The notes under the pieces were generated by a model. It had not been told where the DNA came from and ran no database searches. It worked only from the letters and a program-made list of their open reading frames with translations. A program made the position numbers and the translations under genes. DNA of 64,000 nucleotides from Yuukianura sp. NJ FZ-2021 (taxonomy: Eukaryota), in the NCBI GenBank assembly GCA_046563655.1, contig CM102285.1, positions 3,286,001 through 3,350,000 of the forward strand, given 5' to 3'. Of the stretch, positions 1 through 13,400 are shown piece after piece. Each line of letters begins with the position of its first letter. Within the stretch, counting starts at the first letter, position 1.

Positions 1-2686
1 GTGTCTTCTCTTTAAATTCTAGGTATTATGTGTTACACTAATTCTCTAGGATATCTTTTGTAATGTCTTGGATTATCTTGAATCAGTGGTTCATCATAAA
101 TTAACTTCGGATCTACTCTCCGACCTCAATTAATTAGTAAGACAAATCAATTAATTAAAATTGATGTACACAATATGCCGTAAAAAGGCTGTAGGGATTC
201 AAAGATCCACTGTGTACGTAGTAACTTTTGTCTCCCCCAGAGTGCATTTGTGTAGCATCTTCGTGTTTACGCTAAAGGCTAACGGAGAGCAGGAATCCTA
301 TCGCAAAAACAAGAATTTCTCCCGCGGAATTTAGCTCAGCCTTTGTCAATCGTTTCATCATGGATTCTTTCATCAGCAAAACCCTCCGAATCGCTCTTCA
401 ATGTCATTCGGATTAGTTCAATTGGATTTTGGAAACAATGCTGTGGCTCGTCTGCTCTTGAAACACTTTGAAACCGCCATCACCACAAAATTCCAGCCAC
501 TGACGACAACGACAAGAGGTTGAATTCTCTCTCCTATTTCTGTCAGAACTCCCTTGCGAATTCCCTATTTTCAAAAGTCGAATTATCTTGACGAGGGAAG
601 GAGGACGACGACGGAAGGCATAAAACCTGAAAGGCCAACTTCAAACTGACAACTTCCCTCGCCCTGGACTAAATTCTGTAAAGATCAAAGCCAACATTTT
701 CTTTTGAACTGAATATATTCATAATACCCATCCTTTTATACATGGTATAACCCAGGCAATTTCTCTTCTAACAGATCTCGTCTACTTTACATTTCCCAGG
801 CATCGTCATCCTCCTTCCTCATCCGTCAAACGTTTATCACTTTCAAGAGATGTGAAGGGAAGAAGAAGAGGCTGGAAACTGGCAGAAGCGCCGCTACAAA
901 TAAAATATACATCATGCCATGGGAAAGGGGAGAAAAGAAATGGATTTTTGTGGCTGTTGTTCTCGGGAAATGTTGCTGTGACTTTGGTCCTGGATGCCCT
1001 TGAAGTCTCCTGCTGTTTAGAAACAACGTGATAATTACACACTCGCTTTGGGACTTAAGGGCTCTCTTCCATTCCGAAACGACAGTGTGAAGCCCCTTAA
1101 CTTTGTTACAATGGGAAGGAACTCGTCATTAAAGGCCTTAATGACACGCCTTTGACCTGGGCAATCAATTTCGACATCCCTTATCCCTTACTCTGCTTTT
1201 TAGAAGGGCAATTTAACTTTAGTGGGGTAAAAGGTACGTGAACCTTAGGTTAGGTTAAGGTTAGTCTTCGGTTAGGCTAGCTTTAGGTTAAGTTATGAGG
1301 TTTATGCTATACATTTTAGGTTTAAGAATTTTATGAAAGATGAACGGATAAGCTTGTTTTCTAATTTCAATGTTCTGAAATTCCCAGCGGAGCTGACTTG
1401 TCTTTGCCAGTGCAAGAACATAAGAGAAAGCAACTTTCCCCTTGAATAGGCTTCGTTCCCCCTCCGTCGCTTTCTGCCACCGACTTTGTAACCTCAACGC
1501 CAGTAAACCAGCACATGAAAGTTACAACTTACACGCGTAAGTTACATCTTCTACCACCAAAGTTACAAAAGTGTAAAGTAGTAAGTCGTAAAAATGGATT
1601 TAACTTGTGCAGTAATGAATTGTTTAGGAAGTCTTTTCTCCGCTTCGCCTCTTTCCTCTGTTGTTGACAAGATTGATGGATCCAGTGGACCAAAACTAAA
1701 ATTCAACTTTAAAAAATTTCAACAACTGTTACACAATTCCGGAAGAATGGAAAATATGAAACATCATTCAACAAAAGAAGTCATTTTGAAGCAGTTCCCT
1801 TGGAGTTGACAAGCTGGAAAGATCTCCATCCTCCTTCGTCAATCTTTTGTCGCGTGTCATTGGCCAGAAGGAGGAGAGAGTCCTGCTGAGTTAAGGGCTC
1901 ATTTTCAAGGGTACTACGACCATAATAGTAGTCATGTCATGTCGCCCAGTGTCAAAGGAAGTCTCCCTCGTTTTTTCCTGGATGAAGTTCCCTTCAACAG
2001 GGAGTCTAATGGACCCGCTTTTTAGGCCCTTCCTTGTCTTTTGTGGTTTACAAATTGCTTCTTCGATTTCATCCAACCGCACCGCCGCCACTCCCGCTCA
2101 AAACGACTCTCTCCTAAACGTCTACAAGAAACTGTTTTTTTCAGAAATCAAGGGGGACTTGACAGACTGGAAATTTTTCTTTTCGTCACCACGGACCCTG
2201 TCAACAGACCTTGATTCCTTGTAATCATTTTGATCTTCAAAGCAGTTGACGTGTGTTGACATCTCAAGAAAGCCGTTTTGTATGACGACCTGTCGCTCTC
2301 CATTGTTTTCAAATTGAACAACTTTTCATGACATTCTGTACCATATAAGAGGTACAACAAGGACATCTGCCTGCTGTAGGACACAAGACAACAAAAGAAC
2401 CAAAACTAATGGAAATTATGAAATGGAAAACGAAAACGCGGTCCTTGGCGGCCTTCTTCTTCAAGTCCAGGGTGCGCTTCATTTTTTTCAAAACTGACAT
2501 CTCAAAGGGCATGTTAGTAATGAGTTTTTTCCTTTTATTTTTAGTTATTGGCCACGGAAGAGTCATCTGTCAAGGGAAGAGACATGGGGCACTCCGCCTT
2601 CCAGGCCGTCCCTTCGAGGTCATCTCCATTCTCTTCAGGCCTGACCACCTTTTGTTTCTCCGTTGAGGCTAGAATACCTAGCGTAG

Positions 2687-3003
2687 CAGGTCATAACAGC
2701 CAAACCAAAACGCCCCGCAGCCAAAAGAGCCAATTCCCAAAAAGAAAAACCAATTCCATAATTCCGAAAGAGCAGATTGTTAGAAAATCGCCCTTCAAGG
2801 GTTTAGCACTTTTACTTTGATTTAATTACGTTAGATTTAGGTTATTTTGGCACATGCAGTAGGCTTTATTTTATTTTAAAAAAGAAGTAACTTGTTTGAG
2901 TTTTTTTTTAAATCTATTTTTACCAATCAGGGCTTTTGGAATTGGCTCTTATGGGAATTGGGTCTTTTCGATTGGCTCTTTTTGCTTTGGCTGCTATGAC
3001 ATG
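2687..3003. mobile_element. MITE-like element
   Basis: Imperfect TIR (21/24): CAGGTCATAACAGCCAAACCAAAA (2687-2710) versus 2980-3003. Subterminal AAGAGCCAATTCC repeats are in opposite orientation at the two ends. No clear TSD. Confidence 0.6.
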
Positions 3004-4779
3004 TGGAACCAGACTAAGACCATTAAACTCGGGAGACATGACATGTTGTTCTGGAGGGGGTGAACGTAGGCAAGATACATTCGCTGTCCTTAGTCAAGAA
3101 CGAAGAGGGCCCTTGAACACTCTAAAAATGTACACACGTTGAAGTTAAGGGCTCCACCGTCGCCCCCGTAGGGGGGGGGGGGGACTGCCGTGGGTAGCCA
3201 CAAGGATGAAATAAAACAAAAAACGAGAAGATGCTGCACAGTTCTACCTCCGACCCCCGCCGGGTATCGATTCTCTGGGACTCTGTTGTGGGTCAGTAGG
3301 GGCATCTCCCCAAACAACATCCAATTTATTATTTTCTTCTCCCTTCTCTTTTTTTCGAAAAGCAGTTCCATCCTAACCATTTATTATTAATATTTCCCCA
3401 GGATTTTTGAAACTTTTTGTTTTTTGAAAAGTTCAGGACTTGAGACTCATTCTGAGAACAAAAAATTAAAAGTTTCTTCAAGTCCTCTACAATTTCTGGC
3501 AACCACAAAGTATCCCTCTATGAAATGAAATGATTATGGTGTCACCCTAAGTAAAAAATGATAGAGCAATTTTCTTAAAAGGTTAGGTTAGCCTAAAAAG
3601 ATTTTTTTTTGAAACAATGGTAGTACAAGGAGAGGTACACACAATTGTTGTCCAAAATGTACACCTTTGGTTTGTACAGAAACAAAAAATTTCAGCTGCT
3701 TTTTCAAAATTTCAAGCTGTGCGTCCACCTTTTTGAAAATTTGAAATCTAAGTTTAGAAATCAATAAATTCTGCTCTATGTAGCTTACGAAGAAGAGCGC
3801 AACCGGATTTAATGTTTTCAGAATCTGATTTTGACTTCTGATTTTTTTCCCTTGCTTTTGTTTTCGTAACTACTTTTGCAAATTATGGTCCAGGAGCGTG
3901 GGATTCTGCACATCAGCTTCTGACCTCCAAAAAAATGAAGTTGGAGCACAAAAATTAGCATTTTGATTGAATTTGACACTCACTTTTCTGGTTCATTTTT
4001 TTTTGCAAGGGAAATTTTTCGAAAGGAAACGCTGGAAACAAGGGAAGCTCCAAAAGTTGGAATTCGTTTTTATTATGATGAGATGAAGATGATGATGGGT
4101 TTCGTCCATTTACGGCTTTCGGTTTCATTACGTCAATGACCAGGTATGAGAGAATAAGGTAAGGGTAATGGGCTAATAGTAGTGGGCCCTTAAGGGATCG
4201 TTTGGAGGTACTGAAACATGGACTCCTCACGGAGTTAGGTTAGGTATAACCTAACATAACTACGTGTCAAGGGTACATGCTGTCAAGGGACACATCGTAT
4301 GACACGGGGACTTGAGTAAAAGGACAGGCTATAACCTTTTCACAGGTTGTTTTCTCTGTCGGTGTCTCCTTCAATGTCATTGTTCCCCAGTTTGGGCTTC
4401 GGCATGAATGAAACCGACAACAACCGAAAAAATTACCGAGATCACAATCTTTTTGTGTCTTTTTTTCTACGTCCTGGATGAATCGTGTCGTGTCTTTTTG
4501 AGTTCACTTGTTCCTGCGCCGTGTCACCAGGAGGGATGAAAAACACGCGTTTTCTTCCCCCTTTGTGTGACTCACTTCAAAAAAGTTGTCCCAGTCTTCA
4601 TAGACTCCGGGGACATCGGCCCCGTCGGAGAAAGTCTTTTTGGGGACACTTTTCTAGAACATTAGACTCAAAATTTTAGGACAATAGTAACGACAACAAA
4701 AATAACCAGCAACAGTTTGGTCACTTTACCACCAAACTATAACGTTACACCCCAATTTAGCCAAATGTTGGTGACATTT

Positions 4780-5027
4780 TTTTGCTCGTTTGACTTTTTC
4801 TTTGCTCCTGCGAATTTTCTTGCTCGTGTGACTTTTCTATTTTTCAGATTCTGTTTTGCTCGTATGACCTGTGTGATACCTCGATGTTGCTGTTACGATT
4901 GTTTTTACTCCTTTGTCTTTTTTTTTTGCTGTTAGCATTTCTTGGCCTTTTGGAACTTTGACTTTCTTTTTGCTCTTATAACTTTTTTTGCTTCGATGAC
5001 TTTTTGTTTTGCTTGTTTGACTTTGTT
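4780..5027. repeat. Degenerate ~19-20-bp minisatellite (TTTGCTCGTxTGACTTTTT)
   Basis: Recurring TTTGCT...TGACTTTT units. Confidence 0.65.
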
Positions 5028-7498
5028 TAAGAACCAAGCCCCCTGTGACCTGATACCATTCTGTTCATTGACATTCCCAATTGATTGTAACTGATTTTGA
5101 GAGTTCCGCTTCCAATTGTTGATTGTCGATTGAATTTTTGAGGGGATCAAGGTGTGATTGAAATATGTAAAATCCAATCAAGTATTCTGGTCGTGATCAA
5201 TTGCAATTACTGGGATGCCATTGAAAGAGGTCATTCGTCATCTCTGATTCTCTCGCCCTCTTATACCTCCTCTGCACAGCTTTTGTAGTTCCCTAAGCCT
5301 AACATGGCCAAAACCCACTAATTATTCTACAAATTGTGATTTTTTGCTTGGAAAAACATCATGTTCACTTGGTGTAGTTATTGACATCTTCCAAGAGACT
5401 ATCGATAAGTTGAGGTGGCTCTCAAACGAGTCACCGCACCAACTTTTTACTTCTTTTGTGTGGAAGATGATGATGGTGGACCAACCCAATGTCAATTATT
5501 TCATATTTCTTATTAGAACGTAGTTGAAGCTGCTGCTAACTTCCACTGCAGGATGAAATGCTCTCCTCCATCTATCTTGATCTTGCTGTTGCTCATCACG
5601 TAATTTCAATAAAATTCGGAGCCACGACTTTTTCTGCCAATTTTGAGGTCCCAGGGTCGTGCAGAAATTAAAATTGCACGTAGTTAGGCTGAAGATTCAC
5701 ACAGGTGCATAATCACACTAGCCACATCAACCTGTAAGAACCAAAGCGTCTCCACCTTCCGATTGCGATCATCAATGATTTTGGCTTCTTCTGAAACTCT
5801 GTCGTGTAGTTCCTCACATTCAATTGCTTTGGCAATTTCAAATCACGTTGTCAGTCCCATTCATTCCAATTCCAAGTCTAAACTTGCCAAAATTCTGTCG
5901 ACACGTTTTAGATGTTATTGATGCAGAAATTAACTTGGTAAATTTGGTTGCGAAACTATTCTCGAAATTTTTTTAACGTGAAAATGCTCAATTAAATTCA
6001 AAATATGTTGCAAAAAACACCAACGACAATGTTTTTGAAACGTATAATACGAAAGCTTTTTTCAAACAAACTGATGACACCACACTCATCAATTTCTGAA
6101 ACAGTAATAAAAATTCCAGCTTTTCAAAAAAGTGTTGGATTTGCAAACCGCAGATTCCAAAAAAAATATGAATGTTGACATTATGGAAATGTTGTAAACA
6201 AAAATCAGCACATCAAAATTCTATCTAATGAAAAGGAATATTTTTTTTTCATTTTTGGATTTTCTTTTCAGTTTCTACCTTCGCGAACCAAATTGCGGCG
6301 GTAGTTCTCAAACTTTCCCCGATTCTTGTGACCTTATAGCGTTTACTGTAACTTGAAAATTGAAAACAAAATTTTAGAAAATAAAATTAAAACTAGAGTC
6401 AAATTACTTCAAATTGGGCTGAACTCGAGGAATGCAACTGTGCTGATGCGTCCGTAAATCTCCAAATCGTGTTAGGGTGAATGAAGACTACAGTGAAGTT
6501 GCTGGGAAAGAAAGGTGCGGACTGTGTCTGGTTGTGCTGAAATGAGGAGGTTTAAGGCTGCTGCTAAACATTTTAACTTTATGTTTTGTTGCAAAGTGAG
6601 TGAAAAAACCGTGGCGTTCAAAGCTTCTCATCTCTCACTCAACTTTTAGTCAGAATGAACCAGGCAGGGAGATGAGGCAGGCACACTTGCCGTCAAGACC
6701 AAACCTAAGTTTCACTTTGGCATTTCCTGCCCAAAACGAAACTAAACTGAAAGCACAAAGCGACTGGTCAGCATTTTAGTGTTTAGTGCCTTCCGGGACC
6801 AGCAGGGCTGACCGTTGACTTTTGTGTTGTGCTGTGCAGTGTTTCGCGTTGAGAAAGCTCCAAGAACGGAAAAGAGTTGACGAAACCCAGAATATTGGAC
6901 ATGATCTAGCGAGTCGTTTCTGGTGACAGCTTGGTAACTATTGTCGGGACAGCGATTTGGACATTTCAACTAAAAGTCTAAGTGAAATCTTAAGCTTAAG
7001 CAATTTGGACATCCGGGCTGAAGTGCACAGCGGTACAGAGATTTGAATGTCTTTTAATGAGAGCGATTAAGGACATTCGACAAGCATCTGAAATCGGACA
7101 GTTTTGTTGGTCTTGGATCCCGGACCAAAGTGAGCGGTTGACTGTGGACGTTGGGAGAGAGTTATGGACCGAAAGTTATGTTAGGCTGGAGTCTGGCAGT
7201 GGTTTTGTGTGTTCGTTGGAAGTGACTGTGGCTGTGCCTTATCCAACTACGAGATAGGACGAGAGAGACAATTTCGGAGGAGGCGACGACGACGACGACT
7301 CCGAGGACCGTGGTGGAAAGGAGGAGTAAAGGGAGAAAAAGGAGCACGACGGTGGAGCAAACCTTTATTTCCACGGCGACATCAGCACACAGGGTTCCAG
7401 GAGACACTTCCACAAAGTCCTGGGACACTAACAGTACTTACTGCCCGGGTAGCTCTAAACTTCCCACCGAACAATACTTTCATCCCCGAAGACCAAGC

Positions 7499-10400
7499 AT
7501 GTGCTCCACCGCTGCACCCACGGCGACGAGCAACTCTTCAAACAATAGCCCAACGTCACTCGTGTCACGCCAAATCTCAGCAAAATCTCTTCATCTCAAT
7601 CACAACTTTCACCCTAACGCTCTTCACGGTAAGTGAAAAACTTTCACCCAAAATTTAGAACATTCTGAAAAGATTTTCAAATTCTGTCACCAAATTTTAC
7701 TATTCTTTTGTCAAAAGAAAAAAAACCGGGTTGACATTTCTCCTTATTTTTCGAGAGTTTCAGGAAATATTTTTTTACGTTTTTTTTTTCCTGAAAAAAG
7801 TCAACGTTTAGGAAAGACTTCTTTAAAACCTCGAAAAATTCGCTTCTTCTAAATTTAATTGCCGCAAGATTTTCCTTCTATCGTAACCAAAAATGTTGAA
7901 CCCAATGTGTTTTGCTTCCGGCATTTCCAAAAAAAAAAGAAACAAATTTTAAATTCAAGCGGTTTCCAAATCGCTGGCACGTTCATTATTTTTATCATTA
8001 TTATTATCATTATCAACACAAACGATGTAGGATTTGAATGATTTTCAGTGATGCAACGCGAACTGCTCCAGAATTAGTTTTTTTGCCGCGCTCAATTGCT
8101 TAAATTTTTTTTATATTTGTTGAAAATTTCGCAACTGGTCTTGGAATTTTCGTTTTCTTTTTTGTATTGAAAGAACAATTTGGACGTGAAGTGCCAATTA
8201 GCGACAGGAAATTGTGGAGAATCCACTTAACATGGATCCAGATCTTTAAGGGAAAAAGAGTTCTCTTTAAAGCACAAATCACAATCAACAATGCAAATTC
8301 CCAGCATGAGCTTTTACTAGTGTTTTCATCCCTTCGAAACTGAAACGTCTTCCCTGAATTTATTATCTCACCCTCTTATGAGAAAAATAAAAGTAAAAAC
8401 TTGATTTCTAATTAACTTTAACCTTAAGCTAACTAATCACTCAACAACAATCCTTAGCTATTTTCTTGCGTAGTTTATTTTTTGGCAATATTACCCTAAC
8501 CGACCTAACTAAACTAACCTAAAACCCAACAATTGTTGATTACCTGTAATGATTACGTTTAATGTGTGAATTTCTGAGATGGAACAATTGATTAAAAGCC
8601 TATTGTTTCCGGTAGCTTTTGTCCATTTGTCTGAAAGTCAAGTTGGACAAAAACAACAATCCACACACTTGTAAACCTAGGTTGATTGGCTCATAAAATT
8701 GTGTAACTCTGCTATTACTCGAATATTTTTATGGTTAAGCCTTGGATTGTCTTCATCATGGTTTAGCGCAAAATCAACTTTTTTTTTCAAATTGCCAAAG
8801 TTATGCGTTTTACTTTCATTTTTATGTTCGTTTATTTAAACAAGTTTAAACAAAGTTGTTTAAGCAAAGTAGTTCATTTGGGTGTTTGTCCTTAAGTTGA
8901 CAATATTATTCAATTTTCGAGTCAATAATTATAAAATCTGGTTTAACTGGAACTGAACTACTTTTCACACGAATTTTCCACTTTTTTTCCAATTAGAGTC
9001 TAGTGATGCTGACTGACCACTTATTACGTTCAGGCCAATTTCAAACTGTCACCGTCGCAAAAATGAATTTTAAAGAGGCAATTTCCATTCCAGTTCAAAT
9101 TAGAACCTGCTCCTGCCTCTCCCTTTCTGTCCTAACTTTTGCTTATTTCCAGCCTCTAATTGCTTAAACCTTGAACTTATGCAGGATTTTCATTTATTTT
9201 TTTCCCGCCAACCAATCATATGAAACTATTTTTAACTTTTGTCCTTTGGAACCGCACGTGATGTCGTTTTCAGCGCCATTTTTAATTTTGCATAACCTAA
9301 TAACTTGTTTAGCGTAGTTTTGGTGTTTGGAAAATTTTCGAATTTAAAATTTGGCACAGCAGAATCATACTAGTACTAGTTACTTCAGAAAACGAAAATT
9401 TCAGCGTTTCAGTTTTGTTCTTGCTTGTTTTGATTTGTATTTATTTAGTTTTTTTAAACAAAATTTTAAGTAGTTACACTTTTTATTTTTTACAACAAAA
9501 ATATTTGAGCTGGTGACAAATAGAAACATAAAATTGATGTAAAAGATACCAAATTTTTTGCAAAATTTTTATTCTACTTAATAGCGAACTTGTAAAAAAA
9601 ATTCTTGCTCTTTTTTTTGTTTTCAAAATTTTCTGTTGAATTAAGAGCGTAGCAAAAATCTAAGTCTTATTCACGATATTCATTAGACGTTGACCTCTAA
9701 CGTGTTTTGGTGTCCATGTAGAAAGTGACATGAATTATTTTTAAAACTAAATATAGGTGGTTTATGAATTAGATTTTCAAACTTGGAATAAATTTGGGCT
9801 AGGAATAGATTTGAAAGGAAAAAGTTCTGGAAGAAATCCACACTACTAGTCAGATAAAAGAGGAACTTCGATTCGTAAGTGTTAGAAAAGATGAACAAAG
9901 GGAGTTTTGGGAGTCATTGTCATAAGTGTCTAATTATGGCCTCTTAATTTTAAACACTAACGACGTTAGTTCTGAGGAGGAGGAGAGGGTCTCTTGAAGA
10001 TGGCGAAGACTCGTCTTCACCATTACCCAGACTTAATTGTGATGAAAATGAGAGTTCTTCGGCTTGTTAAAACTAACTGGAGGAGGGTTCATTTAGCATT
10101 GCTTCAATTACGCTAATTTCCAAAACATAACTACAAAGTCCAAGCAGCTTTCCAAAGTGTCGCTTGCCCTTGAACAACTACTGGTGCAAAGGAGGTTTAA
10201 AAATAACACAGAATTTCACGTCTTACGTCTTTTTGAAATTGTCGCAAGTGGAGCGACAATTCTGTCACTCTATTTTTCTGAGCCGTAATGTCAAATCATA
10301 CCTCATCGGTAGGTGTCCCCTCCAGGAAGAAACGGTGTCAGCGCAAACATCATTAGCAAGTGTCTCCCTACACTTCACTGGTACTCGTTATGTTTGCTTT

Positions 10401-13400
10401 AGAAATCGAAATACGGTGGAAATCGAAGTTGTTTCAGCTTACGTAAATTTTAGTTTGTGAAAAATAAAAGCTTTTCATTTGCTTTAGTTTTGAAATAAAT
10501 TATGACTTAGAAATTTCCAAAGCCATATTTGGAAAATATTAGATTAAACTACATTAGGATTCTGCAAATACCTTTTATTTTGGAGAAATATTTTAGGAGA
10601 AAAGAAGAAAAATTCACTTTCGTTCTTTTTCTGTTTTCTCTTTCTTCCACTACGGAAGTGTGATTTTTTTTTTGTACAACCAAAATAACATTTTAAACTG
10701 AAAAATAAATTAAGGCCAATGCTTCTATTGCATTTACAAGTAGGACAAATGCTGGGCGATGCTGAAGGTTCTCTTTTATTTACGTCTCAAAATCAAACAT
10801 TAATAATCTCAAGAAAAATTAAAAATGAAAGCTTAACCTTGCCTAATTGTATTGGTTTAAATTTCCAGAAGAGGTGTCAAAATTTTACTCAACATATAAT
10901 ATATCATAAATGTGCATTAAAAACACTATTCGGGGAATTTTGAAGTTTTATTTGAACGCTAACTCCATTTGTAATTTTCGAGTGCTAGGGCTGGAGCCAA
11001 CCTGTTTTATGTTTGATCGCTTGCTCTGCTTAAGCGTTGCAACGATCCTTTTGGTTTTTCGTAAGCAATTAAGTACAAAATTGGCATTGTTAAAATGTTA
11101 CTACCTACAACTTACAAACGGCATCCATAAAATTTGTCCTGTGAGCGTCGCCGTGTGTCTTTACACAATCCATTGTAAAGTGAGTGTCACCTCACCTGTG
11201 CTCCAATTAAACAGAGGAAACCGCAGTTAGGTTAAACTCTAGTAGGAAGACACATTTCAATCAACTGGGACAGGTGAAGCGACAGAGATTTTTTTTTAGA
11301 ATAATTCAAACACAAAAAAAATTTCAACTCTACCAAAGTATTTTTTTAAAAGTCATGCTAATCGAAATCAAAGCAAACCGCTACAGCTTTCAAACAATTG
11401 AGAAAGCAACCTGACGTACTCACCTTAAAAGTAATCAGTTAATCCCAACTTTTAATTTATGTGACAACTGATATGATGGAAATGTCATTTGTCACTAACT
11501 AACTCAAAAAATGTGAAATTTTCAGAGCATGTCATCTAGTTAGCCAAGGTAGACGCTCGCTCACTGTCATTGACCTTTGGCACCGCCCAGGATTTGAAAT
11601 TTGAAATTTAAAGGTCAAAGTTTTAATTTTTTGCTTTTGTGCTCTTTCAGAGGCATTGTTAGCCGGTCGAAGTTTGCTGTCAGCCATGGAACTCGTAAGT
11701 TTTCAAATCTTATAAATCTTGTTCACCCGCTTTGCTTTGAATTTGAAATTCGAAATGAAAAAAAAAGCTTTTAAAGTTATGAAGTTTGAAGAACTTTGAG
11801 CATATGTCATGTCTCATGTCATTTCACTGCCGCTTGAAAGCAATTGACACTTCTAGAATAGGAAAATATCTAGATACATTTTACAGACTCTCCTGGCATA
11901 TAATTCAGAGTTGGACAAAAGCAGAAGCTGGAGCTTTAAAGTATATTTTGCAGATATGGGCATCCAATTGGGAAAAAATAAAATACGACCAAAAGTGGCA
12001 GTGGCAGGGTTCAACTTTTCAAAATGACGGGCAAAGTGGCCATGTGGCCATGGCCTATTGTTTGTACTTTTCCTGCGCAATCGCAGTTGATCTAAAGCAC
12101 ATCAACAGGAAATGGGGTCAATGTACTCTTTTAAGCTGTTAATGACAATTACAATAGGAAATGACATCTTAATTGACGAAAGTTCGAATTTAATGGCCAG
12201 TTAATCTGCGGACACAAAGCCACCGTGTGAAGTTGTGACGTTGCGGAGTGAGTTTTAACGCTGCGCGTGAAAACGTAACTACGCGGCGTGAATTTTTTCC
12301 ATCACGGTGTATTGAGTATTTTTTCAATCGCAAGGAAAATGCAGAACGTCGGGGCGTAAATTTTAACAATCGCTTCGAAAAAAATTTCGCGTATAAAATT
12401 TTGTTCGCTATTTTTTTTTTATTTATGGAGTGCTTGCAATTTGTTCTCCAAATCTTGGAAATACTCGAAGTTCCAAATTTGCATTTGGAAAACTCAGCTT
12501 TTCCAAAAATTTAGGTTTCAAAATCAACTTTGACACTTGAGATTTTATGAATTGTCCAGCACGACATTAACGACTTTGTCGTAGGAGTTGAAAGGATGTG
12601 CACAGACTATGTTCAAGATTTGTGCTCAGCACTTACTGATTTACTTGACGTTTTACATCTTTTACTAAATTTAAGTTGTTTGGTTTTTGAGTTTGAGATT
12701 TTTCAAGGAAACGATGACATGACCTGGCTCCGGAATTTTTGTGTCAGGCGAAGTTTTAGAATGTTTACCTAATTTTTTGGAAGAGGGATGACAGAAGTGA
12801 CAGAAAGGATCCAGAATCCAGATCCTCTGGCTAGTCATCATCATCCTACACATTTGAAAAGTACCGCTTTCTTCTACACACATTTGAATTCGTTCCAACA
12901 GCGGAGTGTAAACCGTGTGGTCGTGGCAGGAGCAATAAAAGTTTGCTATACTTTTAAAAGTTGACTATTTCTTGTAGTCCGTCACTCCGTCACACTTCCG
13001 TCACAAGCTAGAAGGAAAAGACCCGAAAAGTGATGATCCGGGTAACTAAAAATAGACCCGTTTTTTCAAAATTTTCTGTCTTTTAGAGTGAAACAGCGTC
13101 GTGGTAAGAAAGTAGTCGTAGTGACATAAGACAGAAGGACCACCCTGGGTATGACGACTGTGTAAACATCCGAAGACATAACTGCACAGAAAACACAGAT
13201 GTCTCTTTTTATAACACTAACTCCAGCTCCGACTTGTTTATATTTTGAGGACATTGGCCAAAAATAATAGAAAAGTGGGAAAAAATAACTTGAAAATGGG
13301 CGGTGGTGGGACAAGAAATGGTGGGAAGAGAGTGGAACCTGCAGGGTGGAGGGGGACACCACCGCTGTGGTTTTTAGTCTGGAATTAAAATCACGACTTT

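Noticed and set aside
3171-3183. G13 run as a functional G-quadruplex
   Set aside because: It is an isolated homopolymer of unreliable length with no supporting context.
7209-7658. 149-aa Arg-rich ORF
   Set aside because: It has no ATG, the poly-Arg comes from a (GAC)n tract, and it overlaps the more plausible disco exon 1 in another frame.
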